From Mytilus edulis (taxonomy: Eukaryota): a stretch of DNA of 64,000 nt. The DNA lies in the NCBI RefSeq assembly GCF_963676685.1, contig NC_092351.1, forward strand, positions 67,766,001-67,830,000, in the 5' to 3' direction. Below the pieces are notes generated by a model. That model did not search any database. It worked only from the letters and a program-made list of their open reading frames with translations, and was not told where the DNA came from. Below are positions 11,315 through 23,500 of this stretch, piece after piece (the stretch's first letter is position 1; every line of letters begins with the position of its first letter). The position numbers and the translations under genes are program-made.

Positions 11315-12338
11315 TCATAGATTAACATATTGTATGTAAAATACTCGAATATGTGATTTCAGATTTAAATATTTATTATTGTACTTTGATTTATGCTGCA
11401 GTACTTTTTCGATGTTCAAATCTCGTAGATCGAATATAGGATGAGACAAATCAATGTTACAGACAAAAACTTTGAACCACAAGAACTCCAAAAAGAAGCG
11501 GCCAGACTTGGTGAGTCTCCTACTATGCATGCAGCACCAATCATCGCGAATTCAAACTCGGTTAAAAAGCCACACTCAGGAATAGGACACAATCGGAAAG
11601 AATGCCGTGATCAGACAACTTAAATATAAGATATATTAGACGGCAAAAACTTGGCGCTATCGAGTTAATACACCGACACATTTATTGAATCAACTCACTG
11701 AATTTGAGTTGCTGATCGTAAAATTATGTGTAAATTTCAGTCGTTTTTACTTGTTAATGTGCTGGAGCATTTTTGGACGGGGTTAAGAAGCACACCCCGG
11801 TTAACGAAATCGGTATAGCGTGAACATGTTCGAACCGTCGAACGTTTAAGGTATTAGTAGGGATACGAAAGATACCAAAGGGATATTCACATTCATAACG
11901 AAGTCGAAAACAAATTGAAAATGTGATTGAAAAAAAAACAACGAAAAACGATCATAAGATAAATCACAGTATCCAAAAAACAACAAAGATAACTTAAGAC
12001 AAATGATATGCTGCTGCTGGTAAAAGGAAAGTTTGCACACGGAGAGTTGAAATCATCCAGTCGTACGTGTGTCATAGATTCAGATTTGTAGTTTTAACTT
12101 AGTAAAACAAACACTTATTGAATGTTTGTTGGTTATATATATCGTGAAGGTAAGTTAAATGGAGGAAGCTGAAATGTCCAGAGAGAACCACCCATCATCG
12201 GTAGGAAAACGGACAATCATATAGTCATGCAGTTAATATTGGAGTTGAATGCGTCTGTCATTTTCGGAGTTCGAATTAAAAACTTAAGTACTATATATTA
12301 AGGCAAATGCCACAGCAAATTCACTACCCGTGTGACAC

Positions 12339-12484
12339 CAGTGGCGGATCCAGGGGGAGGGTTCTGAGGGTTGGAACCCCCCTTTTTTGGACGATCAATG
12401 CATTTGAATGGGGACATATAGTTGGACCCCCCTTTTTGTCCTGGGTTGGGACCCCCCTTTTTAAAATGGCTGGACCCGCCCCTG
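12339..12484. mobile_element. CAGTGGCGGATCCAG-type MITE, 5-bp TSD gacac
   Basis: TIR cagtggcggatccag / ctggacccgcccctg. Confidence 0.85.
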
Positions 12485-12930
12485 GACACTATACTAAGAA
12501 CACTGCATGCATGTCGGTCACCGTGAATGTGAAGATGTTGACTGTTTTGACAGCAAGACGGTCAGTGCACTAGCTCATGTATACACGCTTTCTGAGATTA
12601 AATATTGTGTATATGACTGGTCCAGTTATTATTATTCATGCAGCTTTGTAGAACAATTTGATTTGTATATACCATGAAAGTTACTTACAAATTTAGAATT
12701 AAATCTTGTTAAAACATCCCTCCGATTAACTCGGAGGGTGTGATGATACTGAATTCTTGTTGGAACTCTTATACTAAAGTATAATATTAGTCCCAGATTC
12801 TTACTTCCCTCTCCGATAACCCCGAGGGTGTTTTAAAAATTCTTATACTTCGCCGGCCTGATGATAACCCGGAGGGTGTGCATGATGATTTCAATCATAA
12901 TCATGATCATTATATATGATATATATATAT

Positions 12931-13208
12931 GAGGGGGAGGACAGGGGTAAGGGAGACAGGGAGAAAGGGGGTAGGAGAAAGGAGAAAGGGGTGGGAGAAA
13001 GGAGAAAGGGGGTAGGAGAAAGGAGAGGAAGGCTGGGAGAAAGGAGAAAAAATAAAATATCTCTCCTTTTAAAAAATGATCTAATATTTCAAGAAAAAAT
13101 ATTTCAAAAGGAGATGTTTTATTCTAATGGGAGAAAGGAGAGCGGGGGTAGGAGAAAGGAGAAGAGGGGTGGGAGAAGGGAGAAGGGTACCCCCCTGTCC
13201 TCCCCCTC
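12931..13208. mobile_element. Purine-rich MITE, 17-bp TIR GAGGGGGAGGACAGGGG, TSD atatat
   Basis: Perfect TIR; internal ggagaaaggagaaagggg repeats. Confidence 0.85.
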
Positions 13209-13879
13209 ATATATGCATGGTCCAACTTGTGCAACATGAGCAAATATCTATACGTATGGCATAAATATTTACCCGGCGATAGGCGGTTAGGTAAATTTCC
13301 TGATTTGCCAGTTTGTAAGTTAATGCAGGGCTTATAATTAAAAGCCTTCAAAGCTTACAGTTTTATTTTATGACTTCCCTGGTCAGAGAATCGTAGGTCT
13401 AAAATATTGTAAAACATATTGGGCCGGCTGAGACTGGACCGCGGAGGCTGGTTAATTATTTGTTGGAGAAGGGGGTATTCATGAACTAAAATGAGTTTAC
13501 TCGACTCGTATATGCATTCTTCATCAAACTAAGTCATGAAAATCAGCTAATTATTTTTATATCTCTAATTAATTAACAACTGATGAAAACAATACACAAT
13601 ATATCAAGGAATTGTATATTAAAATATACAGTACCTTGAATATATCGAGTAATTTACGTCATTGTCTTGTTAAATAATTATTTGTACCGTTAACTTCTGT
13701 CAAACGCTAGATTTAAACTGTCAATATTCCTAAAATATCGCAAATAATAGGCTATTCGATATAGACATGCAAAAATTGTTCAAAATCTATTAAATTATTT
13801 CATTTCAATTTTTATAATTTCGAGCACTATTATCCTTCCCATAATTTAAGTTCGTTCTTTTCCGTATAGTCCGTTAATG

Positions 13880-14035
13880 ACCCGTTATTGCACCGATGCG
13901 TCATTGTAGTCCAATCAGGAGTGTTAAAATGGTGTCACGTGGTTATTTTCGTCAAGAAAATTCTACTTCGGTTATGTTCGTTGTGCTCTGTGACAAGCGT
14001 AAAACTTTTCATCAACAGCCGCCATCTTAAGTTGG
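13880..14035 (+). promoter_or_regulatory. Probable CBP core promoter (TATA-less)
   Basis: Locally CpG-rich; CRE-like TGCGTCA 13897-13903, CCAAT 13911-13915, E-box GTCACGTG 13934-13941, YY1-type GCCGCCATCTT 14018-14028; about 400-500 bp upstream of the ATG. Confidence 0.6.
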
Positions 14036-14419
14036 TGAAATTAGAATTTTCCGTCGAATTTTGGGACTCTTTATTAGTAATAGAGAACCAATTTTTCATC
14101 GTAGAAACTATGATTGGATTATCATTTTCTTCAAAATAGTATTTTTATTGGAATTTATCAGTTTGTTCTAGATTGTAAATATGTGAAGCGATAATCACCG
14201 GAATATATCGGCTTTGTGAAAAAACCAAAATGGAAAACTGGTAAATTCTGTGATGTAAAACGATTTACATTGACCCTTCAGACATCATGGCTTCATTTGC
14301 ATTACATAAATTGAATTTATTTGCATTTTATCACATATTGGATTGTGGATCATAACATATTTTGAATATTTTTGCGTTGTCTGCACCAGGACCAAAGACT
14401 GAACAAGCAAATTACCATC

Positions 14420-14510
14420 ATGGCCGACCAGTTCTCTTCCCTAGAAAATGTCGATGGGCCACCAGCAGCAAAGCGACAGAAAACAGCATTAAGCGCATCT
14501 TCAGATGGAG
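14420..14510 (+). CDS. CREBBP: CBP coding exon 1 ([21 protein letters not shown]..., NLS-like)
   Basis: ATG in ACCATCATGG context; [10 protein letters not shown] resembles the CBP/p300 N-terminus; phase-1 donor at 14511, or 14514 (tandem GTAGTATG). Confidence 0.88.
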
Positions 14511-17500
14511 GTAGTATGTGTTCATTTGATTTGAAAGTTTGTTTTATTTTGAATATTGGTTAGCAATGGTCTAAGGTTAATGTAAAGAGTAATATTTAAC
14601 ATGGTGTTTCTGAAATGAAATATTGCACCTTGTGCTATGCTATGTTTCAGGTCAGGGAATGTTAAATATAGTGACTTTGATTATTTAAACAGTGACAGTT
14701 ATTAGCAATTGAAAAGAAACAAACATATTTGTTAATTTTAAAGTGAAAGTAGAAATGTTTACAAAAGGGTCCATACAATTCTGAGTCTGATGTTGATATA
14801 TGTTTTGAAATGGCAAACCTTGTACATTTAACTCTTCTGTTCTGCAAAAAGCGAATGAATAGATTAATTTGAATGTTGATTACTCTAATGAATGAGTTTG
14901 TTATATGTCTTGATAGCCTGCAACCGGTAAATTTTGATATTTTTATGTATTAATTATGTGGTTAGTCTAACCCATGGTAAATCAGCTTAAATCACAGATT
15001 GATAAATCAACTCTTGCTGCCATATAATGGTGAACATAACATTAGTAGATTGAAGGTGTATGCGATTGGAATGATGCACGTTCAATTTATATACTCCTTA
15101 TTGCTAGTTGTCCGCAATTACTGGACATCATTTTGACGTCATAATACAACATGTCTGAAGCCACAAAGGAAAAGTGATTGTTGTATGATGTCAATAGTTC
15201 AAGCAGGACAGATTTTTCGGGTCGACCGGGTACAGCGATATTAAGGTGTATTTTATCCTTATGAAATGCATGCTAAGGTGAGTCCATGGGTCCTGGACTT
15301 GAAAGATTTTATATGAACTGAACAAATAATAGCAAAAGAAAGATTTTATATGAACTGAACAAATAATAGCAAAAGTATCATCAAAAAGTCATTTCATTGC
15401 TCTACATAACTGTATTAAGTCATGGAGAATAGAATGATATTTTATATTGCAACATCTTCTTACTGTTGGACTCGCCATGGTAAAAAAATATGAGTCCCTT
15501 GACTCGCCATGGCCAAAAATCCTTTGTGAGAACCCTGATGCTTTGAAGTGCATTCTCAGCTTAATGTATTTGTTATTGACATTTCGATTTCCGAAGTCAG
15601 CATCCTTTCAGTTTAAATTTAAAACCATTTCTAAATTGGTCCTTTATGAACAAATCATGCATGTATTTCAAACGGCTCCCTTTCCACATTCAGGGATCTC
15701 CATGGATGAAAAATGAACGATGGAGGAACTTTCACCATTACAAACCGTGTCTATGCTGTACAGTAGAGCGCGATCAGAAGTATTTTATCCCTCCATACAA
15801 GGAATGGTGAACATGCTCATTCATTGCTTATTTAAATTATATTAATTTGAATTTTCATTATAGAATTAGAAGTATCAATATTTTCATTTATTGCCGTTTT
15901 TAACCATTCAAATGCCAAGTCTTCATGGTTCCCCTTTAAGTTGAGAATGACCAAAAGCTGTCATGAAGGGTCCCATGTAGATTTCTTGTATTTTTGGTAA
16001 TTGTTATGGGGGTTAAAAATCATATGATGTGGAGCTTATTTTTCATGGACACTGTCAAATTTAGAACACATTACCGGTATGGCTGATTTGCAGCAACAAC
16101 AAAACAATTTGTACAGGTTATGTAAATCGTTAAAGAGATTTGTAAAGCAAATGTTGACAAATGAAAAGGTTTTTAATGACTTTATTTGGCAAAGTGATGC
16201 TGTGCAACATGCATCTTTCGAGTCTGAATAGAAACCGGAAACACGGATGTATCAATTTGATTGTAATATACGAAATGACAATTTAACGATGACGCGAGTC
16301 ATTTGACGATGGCGCAAGACATTTGAATGATGGCGGGCGCCATTGTTAAACAGGCCATGGAGATCCCTGACATTTTATTTTCTAGATGTTGATTGAGAAT
16401 CGACAGGATGCTGCTACTGCACATTTTAACTTGAATATAATGTAGCAGGAAGCTGAATTGATACGTTTCTACATACATTTGTGTAACTCATAGATTTGAG
16501 CATCAAAGTCTGCAGTAAAATCACCTCTGGTCTTTGATGTCAATTGTATTGTACTGTATTCATAGTAATGCAGCTTTCTCTGCCAATATTGAACATCACA
16601 GATATTCATGAGAAAAAAATGTTCCCTCGCCATAAAAGATAAGTTTTTGTATGGCTTCCTTGATGCCAGATTTATTGATAGTGGTCACACATCATTAGAA
16701 ACAAAACAATAGATACTGTACTAGAACCTTGATTTATTTCCATTTATGTCAGAAATTCTAATTTGGTTCCATTTATTTCGGAATGCTGTCTATTAAAGAG
16801 TGGTGGGGTTTTGTATATTGTCATCCAGGAGTCGCTTGTTAGACGCGGGCAAGCTACCGCGGGTCTCTCAGCCAACTATACCCTTGGTAACATTGCAAAC
16901 TGACAAAAATTGATGTTGGATCACCAAATCAAATTTTACCTACTATTAGGTTGCCATGTTTTAGTTGCATCTATCAGCAGTCTTTGAATATTTACAGTAT
17001 TCCAAAGCTTAAGACCTGTAAAATTCTTACAGCCTGAAAATCTCAAATTATATGCACCTGTTAGGCCTGTCAAAATTTTATAGTAGTCACTCACTGTCAC
17101 TGACTTAGAACTTTGGTAGGGATCAAGAAATGCATTTAGAAGTAGTCAGTGTTGAACCTGCATAAAGTTTAGTGTGTTTCTACTGTTGCACAATTGGGCC
17201 TCAAACATGTCAGGAGACCCCCGGGTTCATGTTGATAATATGAATGAAAAAAGCTGCCAGTGAAATCAGATTTATGGGCTTGTGCATTGAGTTGAATAAG
17301 CCAATCCAGAAACTCAAATTATTATGCTTAAACAGACAAAGCTCATTCATGACATTTCATGTCAAAAATGTCATTGGAATATAAATAAAGTATTTTTGTG
17401 TCACTCTTAAATTTTTTAGCATTGAATAGATAGATATATATACATGTATATAAAAAATCTTTACTTACCTTTTCGCTCTCCTCTTTTATTTTTTCTTTGG

Positions 17501-20500
17501 GATTTGTAGATCATGTGTTGTCGATTTATGACTATTGAACAGCAGTATACAATGTTCAATATATACAATACTATTGACCTTATTTATGTTTCATGTTTGT
17601 TTGTTTTCTTACTATTTTCAGATTTCAGTTACAATAGTCAGAGCTTATTTGATATGGTGAATGATCTCCCAGATGAACTTTTGGGACCTAGTGAAAGCTA
17701 TCAGAACAGTGGAAATGACAATGATACTCAGAACCACATTGGTAAACAGGACTCGTCACAGAACAAACATGTTCAGCTTTCAGCTCTTTTACAGAATAAT
17801 CCATCTCAGTCAAGTCCAGTTCCAAGCAGAAGTCCAAATGTGATGAATAATCCGGTTAATAGTATCAGAAGCCCATTATCGAATAGTTTGTCTTCACCTC
17901 CACACAATAGTATGATGGGTAAAGCTGTATCAGCAGGCAGTGAGTTAAACTTTGCTTCAAGTAGTGCTAGCTACATGATGTCAAACACCAACACAGTCAA
18001 TAGTATGGGAACAATGGCAAGCAATAATGTCATGAGTTCTCTGGGATCTCACGCAAGTTCTATACCAAGTGGCATGACAGGTTATTCCATGGCTCAGAGA
18101 AACCCAATGATGCATAATGGGCCTCAGTATGCAGTAAGTGGTCAAGGACGTGGGACAGGGATAGGCCAGCAACTGACCAATTTACCACAGTCAGGGATGT
18201 TGAATAACATTAATAACCCGAATTTGCAAGCTCGTATGAACATGGTTCATCCTGGATTACAGCCAAATGCTTCAAATCAGTCACAGCTTATGAACGTAAG
18301 TGATGATATTTATTTATGTACAGTTGTAGTGATCTCCAAAGGACTCTGGAAAGGGCAGGGGGAAAATATGACAAACCCAGAGAGTAGAACTGTGAATTGA
18401 CAAAAGGATTTAAATTGTGTTGGGTGCATGGTAAAGGCAGAGGTAGCTAAAAAAAGCTGAATGATAGTTCCTAGGGGAATTATTATGTTGACAGTACTTG
18501 ACATCAAAGATATTTATAGAACTTAAGTATTGTCTATGTTATGGTACATGTAAAAGAAAGTTATTTTAAGTTTATTGTAGCACAAATAGTTATTTATATT
18601 GAGAATTTATTTTGTACATATATAGTTATATGTATATAAAAAAAAATCCTATGCAAATTACATGTAGATGTATTCTAAAATCTAATCATAATCATTTGTT
18701 TTTAGCAAAACGGTCCTGTTGGGAGTAGTCCTTTTGGTTTTACACAGAACAAAATGAACATGGGACAACCAGCATCAACTGGGAGTTTCAGTAGTCCATC
18801 AATGGCATCGATCATGACAACACATTCACCTATGCCAGGCAACAACTTAGTTTCAGTGAGTAGTTCAATCTTCATATGAAGGTCTCTGACATGTATAGGA
18901 GATACAAGTTCCACATAACTAATCAATGAATACCATACAAAAGAAAAGAAAACACACCAATATACAAATTTTGATTTGAAAAGGAGGATGCAAGACTTGA
19001 TTCCCCATTAACCACAGCCAAAACTCTTGGTGATCTCAAGTTGCAAATATTTCAATGTAAAATGTACTACATATTTTTATCTGTTTCAAAAGTTTATTTC
19101 TGTGCAATGTTACCAGTAACAGTACTTTTTGTCTACTAAAGGAGTAGGTTTGATAAGGCCCCAAAATGGTTCCTAATTCTAGCTGCAATTTGACATTAGG
19201 ATTTACTGACCACCATCACAAGGTAACTAGCTAATGTAATGACTAGATTGGAAAAAACTCTTTATGATGAAAATTTATGTGTTCTATTCATGACGTTACA
19301 AAAAACTCATTTTGCATATGTCAGACTTGAATATTACGTTAGCGGAATCCATGTTTCCTAGGTCTTGATTTGGTTGATATCTGAATGATTGTGTCCAATG
19401 TCACAATAATCTCCATTTTGACCTATTTGGGATGTAAAAATCAATGCTTGGAAATAAAATTTTGGCAAAAAATGTTTTATTAACTTTTCACATGTCTTTT
19501 CATCAACTCAAGACACTTTTTTAACCCAAAACATTGATCTGAATAATCAGGGCCAAATGTTGGCCCAAACCAAACTTTTTCATTTTTATAGTGCTTGAAA
19601 GGTTTGAGTTGTCTTGATGGAAAAACTATGTTATTCAGTTCTATTTCTTACTCTTACTTTTTGTTTATTTCAGCAAAATTCACCACAAGCTACACTTGGA
19701 GGAATTAGTGGACAATTAAGTGCTGGTTTAAATGCTGGATTACCAGGACCAACTGGTGGAGATCGTCAGCCTCCTACAGCAGACCCAGACAAGAGGAAAC
19801 TTATTCAGCAACAATTAGTGCTCTTGTTACATGCTCACAAGTGCCAACGAAGACAACAGAATAATGGAGAAACATGTGGACTTCCACATTGTAAAACCAT
19901 GAAAAATGTTCTTAATCACATGACAACTTGTAATGCTGGCAAATCATGCCAAGGTTTGTAATCTCACCTTTTTAGCTCACCTGGCCCAAAGGGCCAAGTG
20001 AGCTTTTCCCATCACTTTGCATCCGTCGTCCGTCGTCGTTAACTTTTACAAAAATCTTCTCCTCTGAAACTACTGGACCAAACTTAGCCACAATCATCAT
20101 TGGGGTATCTAGTTTAAAAAATGTATCCGGTGACCCGGCCAACTAACCAAGATGGCTGCCACGTCTAAAAATAGAACATAGGGGTAAAATGCAGTTTTTG
20201 GCTTATAACTCAAAAACCAAAGCATTAAGACCAAATCTGACATGGGGTAAAATTGTTTATTAGGTCAAGATCTATCTGCCCTGAAATTTTCAGATGAATC
20301 GGACAACCTGTTGTTGGGTTGCTGCCCCTGAATTGGTAATTTTAAGGAAATTTTGCTGTTTTTGGTGATCTTGAACATTATTATAGATAGAGATAAACTG
20401 TAAACAGCAATAATGTTCAGCAAAGTAAGATTTACAAATAAGTCAACATGACCGATATGGTCAGTTGACCCCTTTAGGAGTTCTTGGCCTTTATAGTCAA

Positions 20501-23500
20501 TTTTAACCATGTTTCGTAAATCTTAGTAATCTTTTACAAAAATCTTCTTCTCTGAAACTACTGGGCCAAATTAATTCAAACTTGGCCACAAGCATCTTTG
20601 GGGTATCTTGTTTAAAAAATGTGTCAGGTGATTCGGTCTTCCAACCAAGATGGCCGCCACGGCTAAAATAGAACGTAAAATGCAGTTTTTGGGTTATAAC
20701 TCAAAAACCAAAGCATTTAGAGCAAATCTGACAGGTGTAAAATTGTTAATCAGGTCAAGATCTATCTGCCCTGAAATTTACAGATCAATTGGACAACCCT
20801 TTGTTGGGTTGCTGCCCCTGAATTGGTAATTTTAAGGACATTTTGCTGTTTTTGGTTATTATCTTGAATATTATTATAGATAGAGATAAACTGTAAACAG
20901 CAATAATGTACAGCAAAGTAAGACCTGAAAAGAAGTCAACATGACCAAAATGGTCAATTGACCCCCCAAGGAGTAATTGCCCTTTATATAGTCATTTTTT
21001 AACAATTTTCACATAATTTGTAAAATTTTACTAAGATTTTCCACTGTAACTACTGGGCCAAGTTCATTATAGATAGAGATGATTGTAAGCAGCAAGAATG
21101 TTCAGTAAAGTAAGATCTACAAACACATCACCATCACCAAACCACAATTTTGTCTTGAATCCATCTGTGTCCTTTGTTTAATATTCACATAGACCAAGGT
21201 GAGCAACACAGGCTCGTTAGAGCCTCTAGTTAAGATTGAAGATAATCATTTTATCATTTTGGTGTAAGAATCCAACACTTTTCTAGGAATACTCAGAAAA
21301 TACCTGTATAATCTGTTAGACATGATGCAGTAGAACTTCATTGTTGTATTAGAGATTAATATTTTTATGGCTGTCCTAAGGAATTTCCTTCATTAAAACA
21401 CTATAAGACATGGCTTATGAGTTATTGACACAATATTTGTGAACCTGAAGTCTGACTTTCATAAATAATTTTTTAGAGAATTATCTCAAGATTTTCTTTT
21501 TTCTGCTTACTAAAAAATGATCTTATATTTTTAGTTGCTCACTGTGCATCATCACGTCAGATAATTACACATTGGAAAAACTGTACAAGGAGTGATTGTC
21601 CAGTTTGTCTTCCACTGAAGAATGCCTCAGACCAGAAAAGACCAGGTGGGGCAGCAGGGGCTTCAAATGTCCGTAAGTATATAATTTTGTTATTAGGCAA
21701 GACCTAAGATCGCATGTTCACTCTTATTATTTTTTGGTCAGTTATGTCAACAAAATATAAAAGACTGAAATACAATAATGATAACATTTGATAATAGTCA
21801 CGTTAAATTTTCCCTTTTGTTGTAGCGGGTAGTGTTTTAACAGCTCCACAAGGAAGTTCTACTGCTGCTGCTGCTGCTGTTGCTGCTTCCCCAAGTCAAC
21901 CAGTTACCACCACACAGAGTCTTCCAAATGTATCAGACATTCAGATGCAGAGGGCATATGCTGCTCTTGGATTACCTTACACTGGGTCACCAAGTCAGCA
22001 ACCTGGAGGCCAACAAAGTCTTAACATGAGGCCTGCTGGTTCACATTCACCAGGTAAATTTTGACAATTTATAGTTTAATGTATGATTTAGTTAAACAGT
22101 TTGTAATACATGCCTAAATATTTTATATGCTAACCTTTATGTAACAGTTATATTTAGTGTTTGCCTTATTGTACAGTGGAACCTTGGAAGACTTAAGTCT
22201 TATGTAACTGACATAACCATTATGCTCATCCAAGGTTTGAGTCAACTGAACTCTTCATTTCACCATTGTGTACCTTTTCAATATTGTAACTTTTTATATT
22301 GAACATATTTTATATGCCAATCCTTATGCTATGACATTCATTCAGCACATCACTTCATAAGAACAAGACAGTATAAATCAGTCTGATGTTAACTAAGAAA
22401 AAGAAATATAAGATTTGAAATGAAAGCAATCTTTACAGAACTTAGTATAATTTTGTTTACTCCCTACATGCTATCTGCTGATGTCAAATCTTAATCTTTT
22501 AGACAAATGATTAAAGTAACCATGGTAACATGCTATAAAAAAATTGTGTACAGCAAAATGCATTGAGAGTGTGGGTCAAGGTAATATCTTTGACTAGCTG
22601 ATCCGGATGTCATTATTAGGTTAGGTATATGACCCTCCTTTAAGAGTAAACTAGTCAAGACAGATAACCAATCTATATATCAGTAGGACTAGACTACTCC
22701 AAAAGGAGGTTAGTATAGTTAATCTTTTAATGACTTCACAGTTGAGTTCGGCTAACGAGTAAGCTAGCCAAAGATATTACCTTTACCTACACACTCAATG
22801 CATTTTGCTGTAACTAATTAGGGAACTTATTTTGGTTAAATAGTTCTTATAGGATGTAGACACTCCTCAACTAAGGACCCAAAATAAATATTGTGTATGC
22901 TGCCTTTTTCCATTCTGTCAGCTCAAACAAACAAATGAATTTTAATTGTTGGCCTTTTCTAATGTAACTTACGACAAACTGGTAAGAATTGGCCATTGAA
23001 AGTTTATAATCACATTAACAGTTATCCCCTTATGTAATGTATTCACTTCCCTTAATGTGGAATGAAATAATCAAGTTATGATGAGCTGTATTTCACAAAT
23101 GCTGTAAACTTTGGGAAAATGGTGTAAATGTACAGTAATTGATTCTGTGATTCCATTGACTTTCTATTCATTGGATTTGAAAGTAGTAGTGTTGTATCAA
23201 TTATGCTAAAATGCTGTAAATTTGATGACTGATTTATGTACAACTGTTTTAGGACTCAACTCAATAGCTGTAGGAAACCAGTCAAACAGTTTATCAAGCA
23301 TATCAAGTTCTAACAATCCGTTAGGAAATTTAGCAAGCATTGAAAGTTCAAGTCCTGCTCCAAATATGGCACAGGCAGCACGGGGAACAAAGGAATGGCA
23401 CCAAAGTGTAACTCAAGACCTAAGAAATCATTTGGTTCACAAATTGTAAGTAACCAGCAACTCCTAATATAAGAACAGTGAAGAAAAATATTCCCCAAAA

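Noticed and set aside
12916-13239. 107-aa K/G/E/R-rich ORF
   Set aside because: Translation of a purine-rich MITE bounded by TIRs.
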